DNA of 64,000 bases from Owenia fusiformis. Taxonomy: Eukaryota. The translations under genes were made by a program, and so were the position numbers. The stretch covers positions 24,614,001 to 24,678,000 of the forward strand of contig CAIIXF020000001.1 in NCBI GenBank assembly GCA_903813345.2, written 5' to 3'. The notes below the pieces were generated by a model. That model saw only the letters and a program-made list of their open reading frames with translations. It was not told where the DNA came from and did not search any database. Below are positions 23,621 through 37,655 of the stretch, piece by piece; the stretch's first letter is position 1; each line of letters begins with the position of its first letter.

Positions 23621-26334
23621 AAGGGACGTTATTTCCGGACTTGTTTTTCACAACCATTTGGACTCGATTTATGGAAAAGTGTGGAGGTAGGTTTGTAAAT
23701 TTGGTTATGAAATTGCTTTCATTTGTTTCTATGTAAATATATTGGATATAAATAACTTACTGGAACGAGTTACGTTGGGTAGTATTGGACACCGTGTAGG
23801 TGTACAGGTTAATGGATTGCCATTAAGGTATGGACATTTGTACATACCATTATTCCATGAATATTTTATGGAACACAAGCAGTGCTCGGAGGACAGGTGT
23901 CTACAGGTGTCTACTTTTGTAAACTAGGTTGGATGACATGACTCCCCCGGGTGCTTTGATTAGAACAGTGAATATTTAACATCAGGTCAAACGGCTTATG
24001 GGCCATGTAAACCTGCACAGGATATGCAAATTAGATAGATACATACATTATTATATGTATTCATATATGTATGATATATATACAAGCATGGAATATGTTA
24101 ATTTGATAGACTAGATACATGTATAGAACTAGATACATAACAATTAATTTATTAGTTGGCATAGAATATGTGATTAAATAACAATAATTCATGAATATCC
24201 TACATTGAGATATCTATGAATATGCTTTAATTTATGAGATATATGTGTATTGTATGTTATGTTATATATGTATGTATTTGTATATATCTTCTAAGCTGGT
24301 CCCCAGTCCCCAGTTTGAGATACCTATATTGTTATATATAATATGTATGTATTTGTATGTATCTTTTAAGGAAGTCCCCAGTCCCCAGTTCCCAGTTTGA
24401 GATATCTATATGCTATATATAATATGTATGTATGTATTTGTATGTATCTTCTAAGCTGGTCCCCAGTCCCCAGTTCCCAGTTTGAGATATCTATATGCTA
24501 TATATAATATGTAAGTATGTATTTGTATGTATCTTCTAAGCTGGTCCCCAGTCCCCAGTTCCCAGTTTGAGGGGCTTTGTATAAAAAACCTCCTACCCAC
24601 GTACCCTCGTACCCACGTACGTGGGTCCTGACCCAGTCTTTAAAGAGTTAAATCTTTTAACATTTTTTAAACATTATTCTATCTCAATGTATGCTTAATT
24701 ATGGATGAATTTATGTACTGTTATGTGCTGTAAAATGCGTAACATATAAATCTTATCTTGAAACGTCAATTGAACAGTTGCAATAATCTACCGAATCACG
24801 TGGGTAGCCCATTGTCTGATTGTGTTTTCCTTACTTTTAAAATTAGTAAACAGTGTACTTTAGCGTTTGAAAGTCAATAATACTACACTCAGATTTTAAC
24901 TTAAGTGTCATGGTCAGAAACTCATACAATGGTTTGTAACTACATGTAGTAATCTAAGTCTAATGAGTAATGTGGACTTATTTAGGTACGATTTTATTAC
25001 TTTTACATCTTTTTTTGACACAGGCTGTTACAGTGTTACATTGCTAAGTGTCTTCATTCATTCAGACATACTATGATTATTTTGCCTTCATATAGATGTT
25101 TTTGCATACTAGTATATTGTCTTCATATAGGCTCTTAGTCTGGATGTAGAGTGCCATAAAAACTAAAAGGAAGAGTTACAGATGAATGATACTTGTATAT
25201 TAGGTTGCACACTATACTGTATACATGTATATGGATGTCCATTCTGAGGTTAAATTTTCATTTTACAATAAATGTGAAATTACAAAACAATAAATGTGAA
25301 ACCTTTTGGACAAGGTAGTTGTCAATGCATGTGTAAATTGTTTTTTATTGAAGCTAAAATTTTAAGCCGATCAGGAATGATGGATCAAGGATCATTATCT
25401 TAATTTAGCTGTAAATGCAAGAATCTCAATCAACAATGTAAACTAGAAAACGGAAACATCATAGAGTATAAAATCCAAAGGAACATTGATCTGTACAATA
25501 GTATGTCAGATTTTGGTATTGCTATCTACTCTATCCTTTATTTGCAGATTATTAAGACAGTCGGTGATTCAGTATATCAGAATTTCTACGAATTTAAGCA
25601 TTCGGGAGACCATTTAGGAATACCAAAGGCACAAATTATAAAAATAATCCAAACTTTATTGTGTAATGTAGTATAACATACTTCGATTATACCTATAAAT
25701 TATAGCAAAATCCAATATTAGGGAGCCATTTTTAATTTTCAGAGGCCCAAATCAGGAAAATTATACAAATCGGTAATCTACTTTATGTAGCTGTCATTTT
25801 AACCTTTACTTATAAGAAAGATATCAAAATTGACGATCAATCATGTTTTATCAAGCGCCTCGCCCCCTTCATAGAAATGTTGAATAGATACACTACCAAC
25901 GTTTCAAACAGTAACACTTATTCTTTTATAAATAGTTTAAAGAAATTCTGTAAAATAATATAATAATATAATAATAATGTATACAAGGGGAAAATGTGCA
26001 ACTTTAAAAGTTGGTCACCCTGCCAAGAACGTTTGGTACCTGGTCACACCTGGTCAGTGGTCACCCGCTTTTTTACACAAACCCATTTTGGTGTGCATGT
26101 GTAGCCAACGAGAACCTGCATGTTACTGGCGGATCAATAATCTAACAAGGGGACCCACCATTCTGATACTCAGACCATCTCTGCCTTGCAAAAATGTATC
26201 TAGCATGAATTGTTAGGAGGATGTGATTCTCAAAAAAATAAAAATCAAATGAATTGAAATTTAAATTAATGGAAAATCTTTTAAAATGTTTGCATTGACT
26301 CGTTTTTCTATCCCATATCAAAATTTACAAAGGC

Positions 26335-27470
26335 TTCATACCTACAATTTACACTCACTTTATACTTACTTTACACCCAGTAAATAGGTGACCAATTTCA
26401 TATGCAAATGAGCTAATTTACACTTTAATTTACACTCAGTTTACACCTTAGTATACACCCACTTTACACTTAAGTTTACATCTACTTTACATCCAGTTCG
26501 CACTTAGTTTTCACTTAAAGTCCCTGTCTAAAGTTTGAAAATATTTTTTTGTCATTCATTTACTATTTGTCAGGACTTAAAAAGTGATTTTAGAGATTTT
26601 TGAACAAAAAAATCTTTTTGAAAAAAAAGTTGTGAGCATTTCATTTCTCAAATATTCAAATTTCCCACCATTTTTCAAAAAAAGTTGAAATTTCTTAATC
26701 ATCAAATATTTCTTAATGCATTTCAAAAAAGATTATCTTTTTAACATCAATGCAAAGATTGAACAAAAGACACACTATTTCAATAATAAAAAGTCATATT
26801 TAATGGGCCACTTCAATGTTTTAGCTTATCAAAAATATTTTGAAACATTTGTGATGTCACTAAGGTACCAAAAACTTTTTGAAAAAATTGAATTTTTTTT
26901 TCGATGTCAATCTTTTCTAAATATGCTAGACTTTCATAAAAAAAACAATGTTGATTGTCTCACCAGGTTAAAAGGAAGAATAAATTATGTTTTAGATATC
27001 ATTGTACCATTGGTTTCTATGAGAACTAAAATTTTGAAATGCATTTTTCTCAGAACCATTTTCATGCACTGATAAGTTCATTTCTCGCTTGTTTATCAAC
27101 CGATTTTCTTAATTTTTTCGGCAAAAAACATGGGAGGATGAATGCTATGCATCGGTATGAATTGTGGCTAATTAGAAGATATGAGTGACCCCTAAAAGTT
27201 GGTTTAAAATAAATTCACAAATTTTGGAACAAAAAGTCTATCAAAAACCACTCTTTGAAATTTAAAAAAAAAGTTTCACATATCACACTTTGATAACATT
27301 GGGTAAGACTACAATATAAGCCAAAGTGGTTTAAACTTTACACGGGGCCTTTAAGTTTACACTCAGTTTACACTTGCTTTACACCCAGTAAATAGGTGAC
27401 CAATTTCACATGCAAATGAGCTAATTTACACCTAAGTTTACACTTTAGTATACATCCAATTTACACCAAG
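26335..27470. repeat. TTTACAC-motif repeat tract split by an insertion
   Basis: TTTACAC(T/C) repeats at ~26345-26515 and ~27355-27470; the block TTTACACCCAGTAAATAGGTGACCAATTTCA is present on both sides. Confidence 0.75.
26519..27350. mobile_element. Kolobok-like non-autonomous element
   Basis: TTAA on both flanks (26515-26518, 27351-27354); imperfect TIR AG(T/G)CCC(T/C)GT(C/G)TAAAGTTT. Confidence 0.75.
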
Positions 27471-28484
27471 AGCACATTCTGATTGGTCAGATCTTAAACT
27501 TAATTTACAGTTAGTTCACATAGTTCACCTAATCCTTAATTGGCGAAATGCTAACTGCTTATCGCAGGGGGAGAGAATGCAAAGATATTCTGAATTTTGA
27601 AGCACTGTGATCAGAGAATAATATTAATGAACATACAGGGGGTCCAAAGCATAAGGAATTGCAAAAAATTACAAAAAACAAAAATCCCATGTTAAATCGC
27701 CATGGGGATTTTCCTGGAATTTTCTGTCTAAGCGCTTTAAAAAGTATTTGTAGGAGTTATGCTATAGTACAAATATCACAGAATGATCAGCATTAAAGAT
27801 CTATACAAGTTGTTCTGCTCAGATTTTTAAATTGAAGTTTTAAACATAAAATGCTAAAATAATTCTGTCTTGTAAAAAGTTCAAATCGCCCATCTTGAAT
27901 TATGATGTCACAATGACACTCTTTTGCATATTCAATTTTTTCAAGAAAGAAACGCATAAAATATGGGTCTATATAATTTATTGGGCCTTGCTTCCTTCTC
28001 TTGCTTCTAGATTATTTTACGAATAACATTTTTATTTTCTTCATTTTTCCAAAAAGTTTCCAGTCTCCAAGGAGTTAATGAATGTATATGTCCTATGTAA
28101 AACCTATACAAATAAACTGACCCATATTGAATTACAGCCCAGGATATAATGCCATCATGATTCAGATTAGAATGAATTCTAGGTGAAAAGATCAAAACAA
28201 ACAGGCAATTTAAAGCACAAAAGGTAGAAAGATTCAATGGATATATTGAAAAGAAATTTGAAGCTTAAGAAAATGGATAACTAAATGAACAATGATGATG
28301 AAACTGGAACAAATGCACAACTAATACCTAATGGTAAAGTTGACATCAAAATCAAATAAAGTAAAACTGCATCTGGGCCGATGTTATAGGATTTTGTGAA
28401 GACTTACCAAAACCAAAATGGCTAAGCCAGCTTTGATTGAAAGAGAGGCTGCACAAGCCTCGTTTTGGAATTAGGATTCAGTTC

Positions 28485-28821
28485 AAATTGCATGGTTCTT
28501 GCATGGATTTCAGTAGTCCATGCGCATACATGCAAAATTGCATTGTACTTGCATGGATTTTAGTTTTCTATAATAAATCAGTTGCATGGACTTTGCATGG
28601 TAGTTGCATGCTGCATGTGAATTGCATGGTGATTGCATGGGAATATATTTTGGGGAATTTTTTAAGTTTCATTCGCATGGACTTTGCATGGATAAGTGCA
28701 TGGGTTTTCTGTTCAGCCTTCTCTTTCCAAGCGAATTGCATGGACTCGCATGGATTTTTTCTGATTGCATGGACTTTGCATGTGCTTTGCATGGATAAAA
28801 TCCATGCGCTTTTGCTAAGGG
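28485..28821. repeat. TTGCATGGA-motif array, probable arm of a non-autonomous DNA transposon
   Basis: Many GCATG(G) motifs, ending in GCTTTTGCTAAGGG; no matching left end seen. Confidence 0.65.
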
Positions 28822-31267
28822 TTATACAGGTAAGACTGCCCGATCAACAAAAAACATTTCGACATATCAAAAACATAAATCAAATAGCTCAAAAATAATG
28901 AACATTTATGCAATTCCGGCTTTATTTTATTTTACTAGAGAGATGTCAGACCTATAAATAAAGGCATATGGATGCATAAATTCATCTATAATTCAGGATA
29001 AACTGAGATTGAATAATGTTTTAAACATTTAAAAATTTAACTCTTTAAAGACTGGGTCAGGACCCACGTACGTGGGTACGAGGGTACGTGGGTAGGAGGT
29101 TTTTTATACAAAGCCAGTTTGAGGTATCTATATGTGATATATATGTATGTATCTGTAGGTATCTGTATGTATCTTTTAAGAAGGTCCCCAGTCCCCAGTT
29201 CCCAGTTTGAGATATCTATGTTTGTGTTTATATGTATTTGTCATTCTGATACTCATAGCATCTTTCTGTTTCACCTGAAATATGCTCTGATATTATGAGG
29301 CATATTCTGTGATCTGAGCACATCAGATGGGAAGAGTTATAACACTGTCAATAAGTGTGATTGTTATCATGTAATCATCTACCTTAATGTCAATACACTA
29401 CATAATAGGCATTGTATTTAACAGCAGATAATACAACAGGCACAGTTACACAAGTTTTATGACCCCAATTAGATGAAATATGAGCTGGGATGAAAGATCT
29501 CAAAAATCCTCAATTTTGGGCTCTCCTGGATCGCCAAATCAAGCTCATTATATCATGGCATCTCAGGGCTGAGAAGATTTGGGATGGCATGGTTTATCAT
29601 GATGTGTATTTGTATGTATCTTCTAAGTTGGTCCCCAGTCCCCAGTTCCCATTTTGAAATTTCCATGTTAAAGTATGTAAACTATTTAAAGTAAATTTTA
29701 ATCATTTAAGATTCATCTTGATCCATTCTCTTTCATGAGTTGATAGCACTGAGGATGAATCCTACATAAAACCTCATTTAGATGTGAATTAAAACATGGA
29801 AATATAAGTTGTGTACAGAGAAAATTAAAACATAATCATATTGACCTTTTATATCAACTTCTCTTATTGCACGTTTAATGGTATAGACTGGACTGGTGTA
29901 GGTGGAAGAGTCATCTAATAGCCATTAAGTTATCGTGTTTACACAACACTTTAAAATCCAAGAACAGCCAGATTTTATTTAGGCAGAACTTCAATGTCTA
30001 TCTGATATACATGTAAAACAAAATATGTGAAAATTATAAAGATTGACCTTTTTGTTATCATAGTCACAAAAAGTTTAACCTTTCCATATAGACTGTAGAG
30101 TTGACGGCCTGGATATTTAGGAGAGCCTGTAAAGGATTGGTATCAATATGTTTTATCTATATTGTTTTAGAAAACACATCAAACACTTCTTTTGTTCCTG
30201 GTATCATATGCTAAGAATGAAATTAAACATCTTTCTGAACCTCATTGGACCAAAACGACATAAACACAACATGTTTAGGTCTCTCAATATTGTAATTGTA
30301 CAAAGGAAATTTTGGTTAATTTTGAAAAAGTATCTTGTTGATGAAATAAAAGGTTTATCTTGATTTCTATCTATTTATTACTTTTTTTAAATCAACCAAA
30401 AAATCCTTTGTATAACTATTCAAACAAGGTTCGGAAAGACATTTTATTTCCTTCTCAAGAATTGGTAGAAAGGAGCAAAAACAACTGCACTAAAAGACAA
30501 AAAAATGTTAACAAAAACAATTCTATAATATATTTCTAATACTTTTACTTTCTGAATTTCCAAAGTTGGAGCGATATTACACTCTTTACAATGGAGTTCC
30601 TTAATTGAAGTTGGATTCCAAATAAGCAAACTTGGAGATAGATATGTTTCTGGAACTCCAGTTATTTGCAGCTCATTACTTTTAAAAAGTACTGATGACC
30701 CTTGATTCTTGCTTTTTTATAACTATCTAATTTTGCTTCAATATATTGAAAAGGTAAAGAATTCATAATACATTGCAATATCGGACTGAAAGTTTCTGGA
30801 ATTGACTCTATTTAAAATCAGTATCAAGATAAGACATAAAATGATCCATCTTAAGTAGACATATATGTTTGGTTAACTTACAGCTTATCAGCTTTATAGT
30901 GCTACATATGACTGTATAATTCTTTTCCAATCTGGAAAGCATCTGTGTTTCTTGTCAGTGTTTGGGTTGACAGCAGGTTGACAGATTATTTAGGATTAGA
31001 TGTAGGTTATGGGTTTGTCTCATTACTGTAGTCTTGACTGAATTAACTGTTTTCCTCTAGAAGACACTGGCTGATTCAATGTAAATATATAATTCAAAGA
31101 CAATTTTAAAGAGTTCTTTAAAGTTAAAGTACTGTCAAGTCTGGAGTAAAGTTAAAATTTCTATAATGAAATATGAAGTATAAAAATACTATATTGGAAT
31201 CACTTATATTTTTAGAGACTATGACCATTTCCGCTTACCATTTTTGACTTATATACATGTACCTATC

Positions 31268-31419
31268 ATAGGCGCAGCCAGGAGGGAGGAACGATGAGCA
31301 ATAAAAATAAGAGCTTTAAAATGCATTTTATTTGAAGCTTCTAGCTCAGTATTGAAAGAAATAGCAAAAATTTGGCGATTGCCCCCCCCCCCCCGACTGA
31401 AAGCTGGCTTAGCCCCTGC
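31268..31419. mobile_element. CAGGGGCGTAGCCAG-type MITE family (hAT-like), copy 1
   Basis: Shares GAGCTTTAAAATGC.TTTTATTTGAAGCTTCTAGCTCA and CCCGACTGAAAGCTGGCT..GCCCCTG with 41423-41706, 59650-59741 and 61475-61694. Confidence 0.7.
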
Positions 31420-31637
31420 ATATATTTGCAATCAAAAAAACATTAGAATGATGTCTTGCTACTGAAGGCAATCAAATACGATTGATTGGAGCATGGGCTT
31501 TCAACTAGAAGGGACCCCCCCCGACTGAAAGCTGGCTTAGCCCCTGCATATATTTGCAATCAAAAAAACATTAGAATGATGTCTTGCTACTGAAGGCAGT
31601 CAAATACGATTGATTGGAGCATGGGCTTTCAACTAGA
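31387..31637. repeat. Recent 128-bp-period tandem duplication
   Basis: 31387-31509 repeated at 31515-31637 with about one mismatch; spans the MITE end and its flank. Confidence 0.9.
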
Positions 31638-34017
31638 TAATTGAAAGCCCATGATTGGAGCATGGACTGCCACTATTTATGTTACAATGTTATCAAGTGA
31701 CTTTTTGCATTTGTATCACTGCTAGTGAAGTGAGCCCAAAAAGTGGAGGTACGGGGGTTCACCCCAGGTATTTTTAAAAAATCTACACTGTGTAAGGTAC
31801 ACTGTATAAGGTGCCTTCTACATATTTCACCCCCCCCCCCCGGTTGCGCTAATGTCTTTTATTTCCACATATAGGATAACTCAGTGAACTTGAAAAGGGA
31901 CATAGGGTATAAATAGGAGGCAGACTATAATGGAACAGCCAAAATAACTGGATTTTTGATATTTTCACAAAGCTGGGCAATTTTCTCAAATTTCATATTG
32001 ATTGACAAAATGTATTGCTTCAGATTTTGTTCAATGTTTCAATGTTTTGATGTTCATATTCTGAAGTTAGATTTTAACTTCATCCTTTTGTTGGGTTGTG
32101 ATCAGACATTTAAAAACAGAAATAACATTTTTCAAATTTAAAAGTCCTCAAGCTTAGCCAATCAAAATCAAGTATTAAGCAATGCTGTTAATTAAACTCA
32201 CTAATTCTGACTTTCTGTACCATGTTAAAGTGTGGATGTAACCTGATATTTTAATGGGAGTTGCTAGCAACTTTAAAACCGGCCTTTAAATATACAAGTT
32301 TAATGTTAAATGTTGCTCTCAAGTTCGTGTAACTGATACCTACCTGGTGTGCTCATGTGGCCAGTATGAACACACATATAAAATTTCAATTCAAAGCATA
32401 AAATTAGTCCTAATCTCTTGGGCTCTCTTGTGTCACTGAGATGTTATTAATGGCCAAGCAGGTTTCTGAGATTTAATGTGTTTCATTCATTTCTACAAGA
32501 ACTCACACATTCTATATATTAAGTCAGTGTTCTCCCCCCAAAAAAATTCCACCTGGGTGCAAGTTTTCAAGTCTGAAAAAATCAGTGCTCGCTACGCTCA
32601 CAATATCTCTGTGTAGGTGCTTACTTAACTCATTTTTTAAATCAGAAGTTGAAGTGCAGGATGCCAACTGGGGGGCCTTTGGTTTCAAGTGGGGGGGGGG
32701 GTAAAGTGACATGGGGAGATCACTAAGTGATATGATATTTTTAATTTAGTTTATGTTCATAGGATTATCCATACATTCTCATTTATTGATTCTTAATCTT
32801 TATTTATGGAATTTCCTGAATCCTTGTAATGAGTATTATTCCTTTTCTGAATAATTTTTGGGTGGTCATTGTAACATTTTAGGCTAGTTGTGGATGCTAT
32901 GGGAACATGAACACTTTTGCCCTGGAGAAGCAACTCAAATGTCTTCATTGATAGGGAATCAATCTTTTGTCTATGTTTTTTTATATTCATTTACCTATCT
33001 GAAATATGCAATGTATTAGATCAGATAGACAAAAAATATAACACCTTCATTATGTACAAGCAGTTCATACCCAAACAGAAGAATAAAAATCTGTACAAAT
33101 TGATTGATAAAAAATAGGTTTAAAAATGCTCATAAATATTAGATAGCTTATACATGCAAAACACTGGATTAATACTACTCAGATAACATTTTGGTTATTT
33201 TACCTTGATATTTGAAGACAATTGTTAAATACATAAATATTAGATTTACAATTGTACTTTTTCGTTACAATGTTAAATTCATTTCATATTCTGTCAATGT
33301 TAAATACATATACCTACATATAGATATCTCAAACTGGGAACTGGGGACTGGGGACCAGCTTAGAAGATACATACATACGTACATATAACACTCATAGATA
33401 TCTCAAACTGGGAACTGGGGACTGGGGACCTTCTTAAAAGATACATACAAATACATACATATTATACATGTATATAGCATATAGATATCTCAAACTGGGA
33501 ACTGGGGACTGGGGACCTGCTTAAAAGATACATACAAATACATACATATTATACATGTATATAGCATATAGATATCTCAAACTGGGAACTGGGGACTGGG
33601 GACCAGTTTAGAAGATATATACAAATACATACACATATAACATGTATAGAATACACATATATCTCATAAATAAAGCATATTCATAGATATCTAAATGTAA
33701 GATATTCATGAATTATTGTTATTTAATTAACATATTCTATGCCAACTAATAAATTAATTGTTATGTATCTAGTTCTATATATGTATCTAGTCTATCAAAT
33801 TAACATATTCCATGCTTGTATATATCATACATATATGAATACATATAATAATGTATGTATCTATCTAATTTGCATATTCTGTGCTGGCATATAATATATA
33901 TTTGCATAAATATATATGCATAAATATATAGATATATGTATGTATACATATGCATATATGTATCTATCTAATTTGCATATTCTATGCTGGTTTACATGGC
34001 CCATAAGCCGGTCAAAC

Positions 34018-34762
34018 AGGTATCATAAGTCCCATGTTGGATTTCTCGTCCACATTGTCTCTGACCATCTCTTCCTCACTCAAAGAAAAAATTGGAGACA
34101 TGAGTTTGTTGAGCACAATAAGTTGGTGGAGGAGTGATGTTGAGGATGGGAATCCATCTATTACTTACCTTTGGGTGTCAATGAGAGCAAAAAGTTGTAT
34201 ATAGAGAGTAAAAGGAAGAAATACCTTGCTTACCCCATCTGGCAGAAGGCTTTTCTAAGATTTATCTCTATATACAGTGAGAAATCTCCATTGGAGGCCA
34301 ATCAGTATATTTATGTCGGTTATACACCAGATGAAAATTGAGAATAGAAACTGGGGAAAATATGACCGCAATTTTCGGGCTTATAGACTGCGCATGGTCA
34401 TATGTGGATTTTGCACTTCAAAATGAACGCCCGACTTTGCCGTGGGGTAGAACAACATTTACGAGTTCATAAAAAGGGTGATTTGACGGGTAAGCCTAAA
34501 CAAAAGAATGAAATAGCCTCTTCTACAAAAAGTGATGAAAAAATCTGTACCCCAGGGTTTGTGATACCCTTTGCAGGGGAACCTCCTTTACCTGAGACTG
34601 GAAATTTAAAGTCCACGATTATTTATGAAGATCAACTCAAGGTCAAATTAGATTCCAAGCTTGAGAAGGGCATATTGATGGGACCTTAGGACACTAAGTT
34701 TAGTCATTTCTCCATTAGGTTTAGTACCTAAGAAAGCAAAGGGGAGGTTTCGCCAGATTACC
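34018..34762 (+). pseudogene. Ngaro/DIRS gag and reverse-transcriptase N-terminal remnant
   Basis: Gag motifs LKEK(I)/WRHEFVE, WQKAFLRFISIYSEKSP and WGKYDRNFR. RT start NLKST...KLDSKLEKGILMGP, then LVISPLGLVPKKAKGRFRQI. Frameshifted and internally deleted. Confidence 0.85.
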
Positions 34763-34801
34763 TATTGCACTGTGGGAGTGGGTAAGCTTCACTTTCCTTA
34801 T

Positions 34802-35745
34802 TAGACTCCAGATTGAAAATTGCTTTTGCCTGTATTCTTATTCTTATTAGCACGTTTTCTCAGTAACTAGAGGACTTGGAGTAAATCTAATTACATGGTC
34901 AGTTAGGCTATGTGACCTAGTTTCTGGGAAATTAGGTCAAATCTCTATCTAGGTCAAAGGTCAAAATTTAGGTCAATTTTTCCAATTTCACAAAATTTCA
35001 ATTTTCTTTTTAATCTATCATTATTTCTTGCGATGAATTAATTTATAGTTCCCTCTAAGTATTTCAAACATTTTGCTCACTCTATGAGCTGAAAATTTTA
35101 CCAATTTTGAGAAAGTCCACTCCAAAAAAAGGGTGAATTTCAAATTGTTCCAAATCTATTAAAATTAGTCTCAATTCAACAGAGAATTTGGTCAGGATTC
35201 CGAATCTGAAAACAAAATTGTGATCCAACTTCCAGTCCAGGAGTAAACACATTTTGAAATTTCAAAAAAATTATATGATGGTACCCTGATGGCATGTCTA
35301 CCTGACCGTTAATTTTCTCATTTCTCATTAATATCAGAGATCAAAATCTACCTGTAATAGGAAATTTTCTCAGGATTCCGAATCTGTAAACAAAATTGAA
35401 ATCAGACATCCGGTTCAGGAGCTATGGCCTTTTGAAATCTCAAAAAATCCCTACCGCTGCCACCAATGTAGCATCCTGATGTTAAGTCAATGGTAATCAA
35501 TAGCCAATTATCAAAAATTCAGTAAAATTTTGAGTGCTAGGGGGCAAGGTCAAAATCTAGGTCAATTTTGTTAATTTTGAGATTACCTTACTATTGATCA
35601 AATTTTGCTTTTAAAGTTGTGACGAACATAAATATTTTCTTTAAATTTCACTTTCTCATCTATATCAGATGTCAAAATCATTTTATAAATAAAAAAATGG
35701 AATCTGGAGTCTTGAATTGAACTTGTTCAATTTCTCCAATCTAGT
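34802..35745 (+). mobile_element. Helentron/HINE-like element, diverged subfamily
   Basis: 5' TAGACTCCAGATT + ATTCTT repeats; 3' AATCTGGAGTCT, stem-loop AATTGAACTTGTTCAATT, CTAGT. Confidence 0.85.
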
Positions 35746-35957
35746 TATTCCTTAAAATTGGTTATTTTAGTTATTTTACTATTACTCATTGGGGGCCCAA
35801 ATTTTAAGTCATCCGTAAAATTTCATCGATTGTGCGAAAAAAATGTGAAAAAAATAAAAATTTAGGGCCCATTTTTTATAATTAGGCCTAAAAAGGGCAA
35901 ATTTTGCCTAAAAAGGCAGTTTTGTATTGGGTGTTTTGAGGCACAATATGAAAAAAA

Positions 35958-37096
35958 ACTAGACATGTAAATTGAACAAGTTCAATTTAAGACTCCAGAT
36001 TTCAGACTTTTCTTAAGCTCAGTCATCCAGAATACTTGTAAGCTGAGTCATTCTGAATAAGCTGAGTCAGCTAGAAAATAGACATTTAGACAACTCTTAA
36101 GTAGGTTATCTTTTGACTCCATTGACAAAACATGGGTATATCATCATATCGAGTTTTCGAGACTTCAAGCCACTATAACTATCTAACCAGAAGTTGGATC
36201 GACATTTGGTTTAAAGATTCGGATTCCTGAGAAAATTCTACCCTTAATTCATAACTCATACGTTAAATTTGGAGAACTTTTTATTTTGACCCATATTTCA
36301 GACACCATATCTCAAAAGTGGGTCAAAATACTTTCTGACGGCAAAAGGCAAACACTATTAGCACACTTTTTGCTACCTGTATACAAAATTTTGAAGCAAA
36401 TCATTAAAGTGTAGTGTTAGAATCGTAAAAATAAGGGAAAACTATGAATTTTACCTAGATTTTGACCTAGGCATTTTTGTTTCCAAATTTTGAAGCTAGG
36501 TAGCTTTTTAGGTCCCCTTATTTTAGAGGCATCCATTATGTCAGGCTGTTCTCAGTCTATATCTTGAATTTTACACTTCAAAAAAGTCTTTTTTCTCATT
36601 GACTTAACATGGGGCACCAAATTTAGCTATTTTTGAGATTTCAAAACACTATAACTTCCGCCGGAAGTTGGATCGAAATTTGGTTTGCAGACTTGGATTC
36701 CTGAGAAAAGTTTACACTTATTTCATGACTCATAAGTTGCATTTGGAGAACTTTTTCGTTTGACCTACTTTCCGGACGCAATATCTCAAAATCGGTAGAA
36801 GTAATCAAAAAACGGATTACTCACAGTTGAATTGTCTTTTTATTGGCTACACGTCAAAATAAAATTTTGAAAAAATATTGAAAAATGACAAAGATAATTG
36901 ACAAAATTATAATTTGACCTAGATTTTGACCTTTGACATAGATAGAAATTTGACCTAACTTCCCAGAAACTAGGTATCATACCCTAACTGACCATGTAAA
37001 TAAATTTAAGTTCTTCTAGTTGCTGAGAAAAAGTGTTCAGAAAGAATAAGAAAACTGGCAAAAGCAATAGACTCCAGATTTTCATTCTGGAGTCTA
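35958..37096 (-). mobile_element. Complete Helentron/HINE-like element with one satellite unit
   Basis: ACTAGACATGTAAATTGAACAAGTTCAATTTAAGACTCCAGATTT as at 7912; palindromic terminus at 37068-37096; A-run flank. Confidence 0.88.
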
Positions 37097-37453
37097 ACTA
37101 CTAACCCTGGTAGGCTACTTATGTTACATGTAAGTGCCCAGTCACCCAGATTTTTACACAAACCATCATGTTTGGTTGATTTCACCATGGGATGAAAGGA
37201 TAGTATCAACAAGCAACAGGATTGGCAACAGGAATGAGAAAAAATACCTTTTTTCTTTCCTGAACTTCGCACGATGGTGATCCCGTGCAAATCACATGAT
37301 CAATTTTATCTCAAAGATGATTATATCAAAGAAAATTACTTACTCAATGCAATGGATATATCATTTGCAGGTAACTTTCACTTCTGTTTGAAGTCCCATA
37401 GCGCTAGGATGAAAAGCTATTGAAAATGGTGTCAGAGTATCATACTCCAATCC

Positions 37454-37655
37454 AAAATGTACTATTTCTTTTTTAACTTTTTAATGGTTCGATATAGTGA
37501 CGTGATAATATTTACATATGTTTTCACCGTAACTCTGAAGGTATTAATGAGATATTGATGTATCGGGTCTTTTAAATAATTAGCATAACATATGTTAATA
37601 TTATGGTGTCACTATATCATGCCATTTAAAAGTTAAAAAAGAAATGGTACATTTT
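37454..37655. repeat. ~70-bp inverted repeat (small foldback/MITE)
   Basis: 37454-37522 is the near reverse complement of 37587-37655. Confidence 0.8.

Larger units (their letters stand above)
24573..29115. mobile_element. MULE-like element nested in the left arm of the 10-kb element
   Basis: ~80-bp perfect TIR GGCTTTGTATAAAAAACCTCCTACCCACGTACC...; perfect 9-bp TSD AGTTTGAGG (24564-24572, 29116-29124); the host tandem repeat resumes afterwards. Confidence 0.92.
23993..34009. mobile_element. 10-kb DNA transposon with long tandem-repeat-containing TIRs; superfamily uncertain
   Basis: Termini GGCTTATGGGCCATGTAAACC; ~600-700-bp inverted arms (23993-24570 vs ~33320-34009) with GGTCCCCAGTCCCCAGTTCCCAGTTTGAGA repeats; perfect 8-bp TSD GGTCAAAC (23985-23992, 34010-34017). 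Confidence 0.9.

Noticed and set aside
25982-27990. CAAGG...CCTTG pair as a P-like element
   Set aside because: The match is only 5 bp and there is no TSD.
28437-28898. Overlapping Cys/Met/His/Trp-rich ORFs
   Set aside because: Artefact of the GCATG repeat array in several frames.
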